From positions 73,342 to 137,341 of the forward strand of contig CAOJSF010000001.1 of the NCBI GenBank assembly GCA_948442695.1: a DNA stretch of 64,000 nt, given 5' to 3'. Position 1 is the first letter of the stretch. Each line of letters begins with the position of its first letter. The translations under genes and the position numbers were made by a program. The DNA is from an uncultured Clostridia bacterium (GTDB taxonomy: Bacteria; Bacillota; Clostridia; Christensenellales; UBA1242). Under the pieces are notes generated by a model that saw only the letters and a list, made by a program, of their open reading frames with translations, was not told the origin of the DNA and made no database searches. Positions 10,427 to 19,054 of the stretch are shown piece after piece.

Positions 10427-11047
10427 CTCCTTTTTAATCTTCTATTGTTTCAAAGTTATCGACATTAACTTTTGTAAATTCAACTCCATATTGAAAATAC
10501 AATTGTTATTTTTATCACTTAATAAATTAAAACCAGTTACATAAATCTTTCTAGTTTTAGTGACTTCAATTGTGACAGTCATTTTCTCTGTGTTGCTATC
10601 TAAAGTATAAAGGTGACATCATATTCACATAAAACAGAGAAAATTCTTTTAAGTAATAATTTTTACTTTCTTTTTTTTTCATACATATTTCATTCTTATT
10701 TTTATTACGCCTTTCGGCAGGGGAAGAGGAGCATTGTTCGGTGAATATTTATCTCTTTAATAATTTTTTTTGCAGGTGTCAACAAAAAAGAAAAAATTGT
10801 TGCGTTGTGATAGGTGAGCGGGATAAAAACAAAAAAGTTAGATATTTCTATCTGACTTAAACATTATTGAATATATTAAGTGACAATTTTTTCCATTGAC
10901 ATAGGCAAGAATTGTGCTACTTTTTTTAATGAATGGCGAAAAATAAGGAGTGATTGAAAAATATTGTTAAATAAAAATTGTCAGTCATTGTTGCTTTTAA
11001 TATATTTATACATATATAATTTGTCATAGTTATAAAAAGGAGTAAAA

Positions 11048-11474
11048 ATGGCAAATGTAGATAAAGTTTTAAAGGAAATGCGAGAAAATGCGATTAAAAA
11101 AGAACAAGAAACAAAAGAAATTAATGAAAAGATTTTACAAGTTCCCGAAAATTTAAGTAACGTTGAAAAGAATGCCTATAAAGAGATAACAATCGCTTAA
11201 AGAAAGTATTTCTTTTCGATTATCACCAATGGATACAGAACTTATTTGGCAATATTGTCAATTAAAAATTATGAGAGATAGGGCATGGAGAGAATACAAT
11301 AAAAATCCAGAGAGATATATTAGAATTGTAACTGGAATATGTAGTGATGGAAAGACGCCAAAGGTTATGGTAAAAGAAAATGAACATTATAAAACACTCA
11401 TAGATTGCAATAAACAACTTGAAAGGATATTGAAAGATTTGAGATTAACGCCAGACATAAGGAGAAAAAAATAG
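11048..11474 (+). pseudogene. Phage terminase small subunit, P27 family, frameshifted
   Basis: A 50-aa N-terminal ORF (11048-11200) and an 81-aa ORF (11229-11474) read colinearly if the frame shifts near 11190. The C-terminus ends LRLTPDIRRKK. Confidence 0.55.
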
Positions 11475-12515
11475 ATGGATAAATTAAAAATTGAATATCT
11501 TGACATAGATAAACTTAATCATTATGCGAATAACTGCAAAATACATACAAAAGAGCAAATTGAGCATATAGCAAATTCAATTAAAGAATTTGGATTTAAT
11601 GACCCGCTTGGAATTGCGGGTAAAGATAATATTGTGCTTGAAGGAAATGGAAGAGTTGAGGCGGCAAAACTTTTAGGAATGACAAACTTGCCTTGCGTTA
11701 GACTTGACCATATGACTAGTGAAGAACAACAAGCATATGTTATTGCTCACAATTCGACAAATATCGAAACGGGATTCGATAGTAAAGTGCTTTTGAATGA
11801 ACTTGATAGATTGCAGGCTAATTTTGACTTTAAAGACTTTGGTGTAAAAAATGAAATGTTTGAAATGGCAGAACGAGATGATTTTTATAAAGATTTTCTT
11901 TCCTTAAAAAAGAAGAAACTTGTAAGAAATGAATTTGAGATGGTAGGAGATTATGATTTGCCTCTTATTAAAAAGCAAGATATTGATATAGAAAAAATAG
12001 AACTGATGAATTTTAATAATACAAAATATAACGATACAAGAAACAAGCATAAAACTATTCAATTTTTTACTTATGATTATAAATTTGATTATGTATATTC
12101 GCATCCTGAGTTCGCGGTAGAAAAGTTAAAACAATATTATTGTTTACTTTCTCCAGATTACAGTTTATATACAGATATGTCTTTATCTTTACAAATAAAA
12201 AATACATTTAAGAATCGCTGGTGTGGAGTTTATTTTCAAAGTTTAGGACTAAGAGTTATCCCAACAATAGAATGGAGTGACGAAAGGAGTTTTAAATTTT
12301 GTTTTGATGGAGTTGAAAAAGGAAGTGTTGTGGCTGTGTCTACATATGGTAAACAAAAAATAGAGGAGGAATTTATGAAAGGTTATAATAAAATGTTGGA
12401 AATTATCAAACCAAGTGATATAATATGTTATGAAAAGCCTTTTCCCAAAATGGGAGGAAAAATAAAAGCATTCCCATATTACCATAATGAATGGAGGGAG
12501 TGCTATGAAATTTAA
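11475..12515 (+). CDS. ParB-like N-terminal domain fused to a DUF4417-like domain
   Basis: N-terminus: IEYLDIDKLNHYANNCKIH ... EGNGRVEAAKLLG (ParB/sulfiredoxin-like). C-terminus: FFTYDYKF ... KNRWCGVYFQSLGLRVIPTIEWS ... VVAVSTYG, paralogous to 16391-17127. Confidence 0.6.
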   Translation: MDKLKIEYLDIDKLNHYANNCKIHTKEQIEHIANSIKEFGFNDPLGIAGKDNIVLEGNGRVEAAKLLGMTNLPCVRLDHMTSEEQQAYVIAHNSTNIETGFDSKVLLNELDRLQANFDFKDFGVKNEMFEMAERDDFYKDFLSLKKKKLVRNEFEMVGDYDLPLIKKQDIDIEKIELMNFNNTKYNDTRNKHKTIQFFTYDYKFDYVYSHPEFAVEKLKQYYCLLSPDYSLYTDMSLSLQIKNTFKNRWCGVYFQSLGLRVIPTIEWSDERSFKFCFDGVEKGSVVAVSTYGKQKIEEEFMKGYNKMLEIIKPSDIICYEKPFPKMGGKIKAFPYYHNEWRECYEI

Positions 12516-12771
12516 TTCGCAATTTTTTGGAGGAGGTGGAAGCTCAAGTGGAGGAAGTTTTAGAGGAAGTGCAAAACCACCTAACACACATCGTCCAAAT
12601 TCAAAATATACTCAATATAAAAATGGTAAAAAACATCAAGAAAGATGGTATGATAAAAATGGTAATCCAAAAAGAGACAGAGATTACACTAATCATGGGA
12701 ACCCCAAACAACACCCAAAAGTTCCTCATGATCACGATTGGAATAATGGGAAAAGAGGGGATTGGTATTAA
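12505..12771 (+). CDS. Small Gly-rich/His-rich protein with a PHDHDW motif, toxin-cassette-like
   Basis: GGAGGGAG RBS. Overlaps the upstream stop by 11 nt. Paralogous to 15259-15561 over QERWYDKNG..DRDY......H.KVPHDHDW. Confidence 0.6.
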   Translation: MKFNSQFFGGGGSSSGGSFRGSAKPPNTHRPNSKYTQYKNGKKHQERWYDKNGNPKRDRDYTNHGNPKQHPKVPHDHDWNNGKRGDWY

Positions 12772-12781
12772 AGGAGAATTT

Positions 12782-13078
12782 ATGAAAGATATGACAAATC
12801 GTTGTAATGAACTTATGAAAAAAGTTGAAAATAAACAAAAACTGACTTATAATGAATTTATTGAGATTATAAGTTATGGACTTGAAATGCAGTTTTATTA
12901 TAAGAAGAGAAAATTTGGTATAACTCATTTTGCGGGTTATGAGTTTTATGAATGGGAAAAGGAAGAAGGTTATCAAAACTATGATACAATAGAGGATTTT
13001 TCGAATAAAATCAATATTGAAGGTTTATTGGTAAAAGATATTTGGGATAATGTTTCACGTGTAAATTTTGCAGATTGA
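12782..13078 (+). CDS. Small immunity-like protein sharing a C-terminal domain with 14303-14776 and 14801-15247
   Basis: AAAGGAG RBS. Shared pattern: EFIE..GE.EF.Y....G ... I.G.LVKDIWD.V. Confidence 0.55.
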   Translation: MKDMTNRCNELMKKVENKQKLTYNEFIEIISYGLEMQFYYKKRKFGITHFAGYEFYEWEKEEGYQNYDTIEDFSNKINIEGLLVKDIWDNVSRVNFAD

Positions 13079-13128
13079 GATTTGACTAAATAGTTTTAAA
13101 TTTAAACATTTTATGTTATAATAAGCCT

Positions 13129-13978
13129 ATGAGTGTAATATATAAACCATGCGGAATGGCGAGAGAATATAGTCCTTATGCTTTGAATTTGTATATAGGG
13201 TGTTCGCACAGGTGCAGGTATTGTTATGCGCCTCACACTTTGCAAAGAAGAGGTGTGGACTATTTTGGAAAGCCAGAGCCACGAAAGGATATTTTAAAGT
13301 TACTTGAAAAAGACCTACAAAAGAATGTATATAAAGATCAGGTGCTTTTGTCGTTTGTTGGAGATGTTTATTGCGATAATGCAGATGATAGCGTAACCAC
13401 AAGAGAGGCTTTGAAACTTCTAAATTTATACAAAGTGCCAGTTGCGGTTCTTTCAAAAGGCGGGAAGAAGATGCTTCGAGATTTGGACATATTTAAAGAA
13501 TTTGGCGATCGCATAACCGTTGGCACAACACTCACATTTTTAGATAATAAGAAAAGCGAAGTTTGGGAGCCGTTTGCGTCTTTGCCAGAAGATAGGCTAT
13601 ATACACTTAAAACCTTGCATGAAAATGGAATAAAAACTTTTGCAAGTTTTGAGCCAACGATTGAACCAGAAGAGAGTTTAAAACTTATTCGAAGAACGCT
13701 TAAAGATAATTCTGTCGACCACTACAAAATAGGGAAAATTAACAATTACAAAAATGAAGACAAGTGGCAAGACTGGGGGAAATATTTACAAGATTGTGTA
13801 GATTTTGTTTCGTCCAACTGGAAAACAAGTTTATTACAAATTTTGTTTAAGAAAACTTGCTCCCGATATTGAACTGACGGAAGCAGAGAAAAATCCCGAT
13901 GAATACATAGTGAGAATTAAAGAAGAAGGGGAACAACTGAGTTTGTTTGATAAGACAAATAAAGATTCAAAAAAATAA
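13129..13978 (+). pseudogene. SplB/COG1533-like radical SAM protein, C-terminus frameshifted
   Basis: YIGCSHRCRYCYA cluster motif. After about 13805 a second frame continues plausibly (RPTGKQVYYKFCLRKLAPDIELTEAEKNPDEY...) to the stop at 13976-13978. Confidence 0.55.
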
Positions 13979-14160
13979 TTAATTTGTTTAATTTTTAATG
14001 TTAATAAAATGGCACTTTTTAGTATAGTTTTATAAAAAAAGTTATTTAAAATTACGAAAAATAATGCCTAAAAGTGCTTAAAAATGCTGAAAATTAGGCA
14101 AAAAACATGTAAAAACACAAGAAAAAGTTCCAAAAAGCCGTTATTGCACAAAAAATATTG

Positions 14161-14206
14161 GACTCCTAAGGGCTAGTCGCAGGTTCGAGTCAGCCTGGGA
14201 ACACCA
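14161..14206 (+). pseudogene. 3' fragment of a tRNA-Arg(CCT) copy-1-like gene (att-like direct repeat)
   Basis: CTCCTAAGGGCTAGTCGCAGGTTCGAGTCAGCCTGGGAACACCA aligns to 5260-5303 with about 38 of 44 matches by hand. The T stem is broken, and the downstream hairpin is also conserved. Confidence 0.75.
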
Positions 14207-14240
14207 AAAAAACGGTCATAGATAATTATGGCCGTTTTTA
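14207..14240. terminator. Hairpin between convergent gene sets, homologous to the terminator at 5308-5340
   Basis: AACGGTCATA / TATGGCCGTT stem flanked by an A-run and a T-run. Confidence 0.6.
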
Positions 14241-14302
14241 CAATTAAGGAGCTAGGAAAATATTATTTTATTTCTTTTCAAAATTTTATATATTCTTGTT
14301 TT

Positions 14303-14776
14303 TTAGTTAAATTCTTGTAAAAAATCCGTATTTATAACTTCTATCCATAGGTCTTTTAGAAGTATACCATTTATATTTGCTTTTTCGGCAAGATCATCAA
14401 TTGATTGATATAATTGTTCTTCGTGAGTGTTTATATTTAATAGCATATCGCATTTTTCAAAATCATTATATAAAATGCCGTATCTGTTGTTACGATAAGT
14501 AAACTCAACTTCACCATAATGTTTATATGCTTCAATAAAATCATCGAAATTGGATAAAACAGCAGATTTGCCTTCTTTAAATTGTTTTTGAGCATTGTTA
14601 AGTGAGGGGATATTTCTTATCCCTGCGATGTCAGGATGCTGAAACGATTCTTCTGATTGTCTCCAGCCACAATTGGGGCAAGCATCTCCATTTCCATATT
14701 CGCTAATTTTAATATTGCTTCCGCATACATTGCACTTTGAAATTTTATTTTTTAAATTTGGATACTTAATTATCAT
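14303..14776 (-). CDS. CPCC-type zinc-ribbon protein with an immunity-like C-terminal domain
   Basis: CNVCGS...GNGDACPNCGW at the N-terminus. The C-terminal domain is paralogous to 12782-13078. Confidence 0.55.
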   Translation of the reverse strand: MIIKYPNLKNKISKCNVCGSNIKISEYGNGDACPNCGWRQSEESFQHPDIAGIRNIPSLNNAQKQFKEGKSAVLSNFDDFIEAYKHYGEVEFTYRNNRYGILYNDFEKCDMLLNINTHEEQLYQSIDDLAEKANINGILLKDLWIEVINTDFLQEFN

Positions 14777-14800
14777 TTTTTCTTCTTTTAAATTAAATTG

Positions 14801-15247
14801 CTACATATATTTTGGATTTTCAACTTTATCCCATATATCTCTGACATATATATCGCCAATTTTTGCGTTTGCAATAAAGTCTTCTTTATCTTTAAAATAA
14901 TTAAGAGTTTTTTTACTGCCAATTTCAATGTTAGCATCTTCGCTAGGCCAAAACAAACTAAAACTATCACCTTTATATTCGAATTCTGTTTCACCATAAA
15001 AATTCAACATATCTAAAAAGTCCTCTAGTGATGGTTTTAATGGTTTGCCCTCAGAAACAAGTTCTCGTGCTTTATTCTCTGAGACAACATTTGGAAACAT
15101 AACATAATCTTCATTGTCACCATTAGTGATTGAATTGTACCAGCCACAATATGGACATTCGCCATTACCACTGCTATCTACCAAAAGAATTTTACCACAA
15201 ACTGAACAGATTTTTTCAATATTTTTTTCAAACGGATTTTTTTTCAT
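14801..15247 (-). CDS. CPCC-type zinc-ribbon protein with an immunity-like C-terminal domain
   Basis: CSVCGK...GNGECPYCGW. The C-terminus reads FLDMLNFYGETEFEYKG...IGDIYVRDIWDKV. GGAGAG RBS before the Met at 15247. Confidence 0.55.
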   Translation of the reverse strand: MKKNPFEKNIEKICSVCGKILLVDSSGNGECPYCGWYNSITNGDNEDYVMFPNVVSENKARELVSEGKPLKPSLEDFLDMLNFYGETEFEYKGDSFSLFWPSEDANIEIGSKKTLNYFKDKEDFIANAKIGDIYVRDIWDKVENPKYM

Positions 15248-15258
15248 ATTCTCTCCAT

Positions 15259-15561
15259 TTAACAATAATCCATATTAATTTCGGGGCCATATTCTTGTCT
15301 TTCTTTTCCTCTAGGTTTTGTATAGTCCCAATAATGATCGTGCGGGAATTTGTGATTATTATGGTCATTTTTATGATCCCAATCTCTATCCCATATAGCC
15401 CATCCATCTGGGCCAAACCATCTTTGCTGAGGTAGTTTTCCTGTTATTTCATCATAGTAGTCGATTCTAATATTAGGCTTTTCACTCCAAATTTGAGGGA
15501 TGTTAGATCTATATGGTCCATACATATCAAACTTTCCACCGCTTGGTTTACACATACCCAT
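15259..15561 (-). CDS. Small His-rich protein with a PHDHYW motif, paralog of 12505-12771
   Basis: AGGAGG RBS. QQRWFGPDG...WDRDWDHKNDHNNHKFPHDHYW. Confidence 0.6.
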   Translation of the reverse strand: MGMCKPSGGKFDMYGPYRSNIPQIWSEKPNIRIDYYDEITGKLPQQRWFGPDGWAIWDRDWDHKNDHNNHKFPHDHYWDYTKPRGKERQEYGPEINMDYC

Positions 15562-15572
15562 TATAACACCTC

Positions 15573-16382
15573 CTAGGGCAAAATTGCAAATTTTTTAGAT
15601 ATAGTTTGTCCACCATTGCCAGTTAAAACAAAACTTAATTGAGAGCCTTCTAAATTCTCTAATTTTAAAGATGTTACAAATTTACCTATTACATTGTATT
15701 TTGTCTTTATTTTATTGTCATCCAAATACCATTCTATTTTGTTCGTAAATAACGAGGTGACTGTTATTATTCCTTGATAGTTATCTACCTCAAGAGATAC
15801 TATCTTTGGAGGGACAACAAAATTGTCTTGACTTGAAGTAATATTAAATAACTTTTTTATGTTTGAATGATTTATTTTATTCCATTCAATCTCTTGATAA
15901 GGGTTGACAATCAATGGTATATTCCTTTCTTTTACTTCAATATTTTTACCACCAAACTTTTCTAAATTTGCAATTATTTTCCACCTGTAAATTTTGTTTC
16001 TTTCATCGTAATTTATCTTTGCTTCTAGTAGGTGATTTATAAAATCAATTTCACTGCATTTGTTTGTTTTAATAAAATGTTCTTTTGCCTGTTTTCCAAA
16101 GCCTAGTCTAACAGAATTTTTGAAGTGTTTTACACCATGACATTTGCTACAAATTGCAATTATGTTTTTACGAGTTTGAGTTTTATGCTGTAAATCAAAC
16201 TCCCAAACTTCGTGTGCATCAAGTTCGTCAGTTTGGTAACCACAAATTTGACATTTATGATTGGCTTTTTGATAGCAGGCAAATCTTAAAGTGTCCCAAT
16301 CTTTCTTTGATAAAGTTTTACTGAAATCATTGTTCCAAGCACCTTTAGGAAGAAGGTCGATTGTTAATTTAAAATTTTCCAT
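15573..16382 (-). CDS. HNH-like zinc-finger nuclease-like protein with an uncharacterised C-terminal domain
   Basis: CQICGYQTDELDAHEVWEF......AICSKCHGVKH (CxxC...HE...CxxCH). Strong AGGAGG RBS. Confidence 0.5.
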   Translation of the reverse strand: MENFKLTIDLLPKGAWNNDFSKTLSKKDWDTLRFACYQKANHKCQICGYQTDELDAHEVWEFDLQHKTQTRKNIIAICSKCHGVKHFKNSVRLGFGKQAKEHFIKTNKCSEIDFINHLLEAKINYDERNKIYRWKIIANLEKFGGKNIEVKERNIPLIVNPYQEIEWNKINHSNIKKLFNITSSQDNFVVPPKIVSLEVDNYQGIITVTSLFTNKIEWYLDDNKIKTKYNVIGKFVTSLKLENLEGSQLSFVLTGNGGQTISKKFAILP

Positions 16383-16390
16383 ATTGCCTC

Positions 16391-17127
16391 CTAAATTTCG
16401 GGATAAAGTTCACCAGCTAAATATTTTTTAGTAAATTCAGTGAGTCCCATTTTTTCAATAAGTTCTTCTTTATTGAAAGGATCGATTGCTTTGATATTTC
16501 CTTTCATTTCAGAAAAAGGCTCACCATAACAAATAATTGCGCTTGGTTTTATCTTTTCCATCATTTTTTCTAACCTTCCATAAAGCCTTTTTTGTTGTCT
16601 TCTCTGGTATAGGTTGATACAGCCACAACACTTACTTCTTCAACTCCATCAAAGCAAAATTCAAAACATCTATAAGATCCCCATGAAATTGTTGGGATTA
16701 CTATCATTCCTTGTTTTTGCCAAAACGCTCCACACCATCTGTTTTTAAAAACGCTATCAATCTGACGTGCAAGCGGCATATCTTTGTAAGTGCTAAATTC
16801 AGGGGTAAGCAGGGCGTAATATTGGTCTAATCTTTCAAGTGCTATTTCAGGTTTTTGATAAACAGTTTCAAAATTCCAATCGTATGTAAAGAAATGTATT
16901 GTTTTATCTTTATTTTCACTATCGTTTAATTTGGTTTTTGTGTAATTCCATAGACTTATCTTGTCTAAGTCTATATTTTGTTTTCTAATGAGTGGCATTC
17001 CATATTTACCACATTTTTCAAACTCGTTTCTTACGAGTCTTTGTTTCTTTTTTCGCTTTTCATCTTCGTAATCAGACACATTGTCTGCAGCAGAAAAAAG
17101 CGAACTTAATTGTTCACTTGTATACAT
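16391..17127 (-). pseudogene. DUF4417-like protein without a ParB domain, 1-nt frameshift near the C-terminus
   Basis: ORF 17127-16570 ends ...GFMEG*. A 57-aa ORF (16564-16391) continues colinearly with the paralog (MMEKIKPSAIICYGEPF vs KMLEIIKPSDIICYEKPF). One missing T at GGTT(T)AG would fuse the two. Confidence 0.6.
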
Positions 17128-17570
17128 ATTTTCTCCTTTAAAAATTTTGCTTACAATATCTGTCGGCTGAGCCATTCCAAATATCTTGCTTTTTTATTTT
17201 TTCAAACAAGAAGAGCCTAAGTTATATAGTTAAACATTATGGGGAATGAATAATGTTAACTAATTCTTAGGTTGTTCATGTTTTGTTTTTAAAATTGTAA
17301 GTTATCCTTTGACAGGGCAAACAATTATTTATTCTTATTATATTATATATTTTTATAAAATGAAAGGAAGAGTTACAAAAATTTAATATGAGAGAGGAGA
17401 TATATTAAAATAATTGATAGTATTATAAACACTTTGGTATAACTTTGGTATAATTTTGGTACAGAAGTTGCTTAAAAATATGAAAATTATTAAATAATAC
17501 TCATAAACATGCTTAAAATTATATAAATTACTGCAAAAAATGAAGAAATTACATAGAAATTAATTTAAAG

Positions 17571-17767
17571 TTTGGGGAAATTGATTTATTAATTAACAAT
17601 GCGGCAATTCAACGTGTGGGAGATTTTTTAGAAACTGAGTTAGTCGATGTTTTAAATACAAATATAATCGGAACAATGAGTTTTACAAAAACTATTGAAA
17701 AAATATGAAAAGTGGAGGTATGTTTTTTAATATTTTTCCGTATAAAAATTCTTTAAGCATTGTTTAA
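17571..17767 (+). pseudogene. Internal fragment of a short-chain dehydrogenase/reductase gene
   Basis: FGEIDLLINNAAIQRVGDFLETELVDVLNTNIIGT, then a frameshift to MKSGGMFFNIF. No N-terminal Rossmann motif and no catalytic C-terminal part. Confidence 0.6.
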
Positions 17768-17857
17768 AAATTTTATGATAAACTGAATCTATATGAATAT
17801 AAAAATTATCTATTTGATTTATTAATATTATGAGTTATAATTAATTGTGGAGGGAAT

Positions 17858-18523
17858 ATGGTAATAGCAATTGAAGGAATGGATGGTAGTGGAAAAAGTT
17901 CTGTTGCAAAAGCTCTTGCAGTAAAGTTTGGATACGAATATAGAGATATGCCCAACAAATATTTCTTAGAATTTTCAGATGAAGGTTTTCAAAAAATTTG
18001 TGATAAGATATATAAATTCCCAGACAATACTATTAAAGGTTGGTTTTTTGGCTTTGGTAACATACTTGCCTCGCAAAATGTAGGAAAGGGTGTAATTATT
18101 GACAGGCATCTTCTTTCAAACTACTTTTGGAATGGAAATAATAACAATAAGGGGATGTATAAGGAACTTATTTCGATTACAGGCAAACCAGATTTGACCA
18201 TTGTTTTATATGCCGGAGTGAAAGAGCGGATGAGAAGAATTTATAAAAGAAGTGCAACTGATAGAGATTTAGATGATGATGAAAAAAAGGTACTTGGATA
18301 TGATAAAATGATATCTTTTGCGAAACAAGAAAAAATGCCATATTTAGTAATAAATACTGAAATTTATAGATTGGATAGAACAATAAAAATTTGTGAGTGC
18401 TTGATTAAAAAGATAGAGAAATTAGAGAAATCTCAAATTGCTGAATTTGTGGATGCAGTAAACCAAAGATTATATATAGAAAAAAATCAACCATATTCAG
18501 AGTTGCTTAACAATGAAATATAA
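17858..18523 (+). CDS. dTMP kinase / (d)NMP kinase-like P-loop protein
   Basis: IAIEGMDGSGKSSVAKAL Walker A and an IIDRHLLSNYFW block resembling the thymidylate kinase DRY region. Confidence 0.6.
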   Translation: MVIAIEGMDGSGKSSVAKALAVKFGYEYRDMPNKYFLEFSDEGFQKICDKIYKFPDNTIKGWFFGFGNILASQNVGKGVIIDRHLLSNYFWNGNNNNKGMYKELISITGKPDLTIVLYAGVKERMRRIYKRSATDRDLDDDEKKVLGYDKMISFAKQEKMPYLVINTEIYRLDRTIKICECLIKKIEKLEKSQIAEFVDAVNQRLYIEKNQPYSELLNNEI

Positions 18524-18587
18524 AATAATTAAAAAAACTTGCCAAGAAAACAAATTTTTGATATAATGCTTATCAATAGGGGTAGAT

Positions 18588-19046
18588 ATGTTATTAGACC
18601 AATATGGATATGAGCAATTAGATGAGTTGATAAAAAAAGAAACAGTTAGATTAAAACGAGCTGTTTCACAAAAGGCTCATGCTTATCAAAATGATACAAA
18701 TACATGGCATGATAATTCTGAATTTGATAATGCAGTTGAAAAAGAAGATGCGGCAATAAATGAAATAAATAAATTGATTGAAATCAAAGCTGACGCAGAT
18801 ATCCTAGAAAAACATATGCAAACAGATAAAATTGATGTTGGTGATATAGTAACAGTGGATATAGAAGATGATGTATTTAATGTCATTCTTACCGGAAAGT
18901 ACATTGCTGATGCGGGTAAAGGTGAAATAACTTTAAATAGCCCATTAGGAAAAAATATCTATAAAAAGTGTAAGGGTGATATTGTTAAATATAAACATTT
19001 AGGAAACTTGTTTGTTGTCAAAATAATTGATTTTAAAAGAATTTAG
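18588..19046 (+). CDS. GreA/GreB-family protein, short Rnk-like form
   Basis: WHDNSEFDNAVEKEDAAINEI and C-terminal ITLNSPLGKNIYKKCKGDIV match Gre family blocks. It is too short for a full GreA coiled coil. Confidence 0.55.
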   Translation: MLLDQYGYEQLDELIKKETVRLKRAVSQKAHAYQNDTNTWHDNSEFDNAVEKEDAAINEINKLIEIKADADILEKHMQTDKIDVGDIVTVDIEDDVFNVILTGKYIADAGKGEITLNSPLGKNIYKKCKGDIVKYKHLGNLFVVKIIDFKRI

Positions 19047-19054
19047 AGGTAAAA

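Noticed and set aside
11185-11200. Programmed ribosomal frameshifting to explain the split terminase and other split genes.
   Set aside because: I saw no slippery heptamer plus downstream structure. The breaks occur in many unrelated genes, often in plain homopolymers, which fits mutation or sequencing error better.
12527-12781. N-terminal extension of ORF 12527-13078 (the acidic MEEVEAQVEE... stretch).
   Set aside because: It overlaps the PHDHDW gene in another frame. The AAAGGAG RBS and the paralog alignment support a start at 12782.
14788-15435. Several short + strand ORFs (14798-15016 and 15130-15435) and the minus-strand ORF 14788-14997.
   Set aside because: They overlap better-supported minus-strand genes that have RBSs and paralogs, and they translate to low-complexity Phe/Ile/Leu-rich strings typical of AT-rich antisense DNA.
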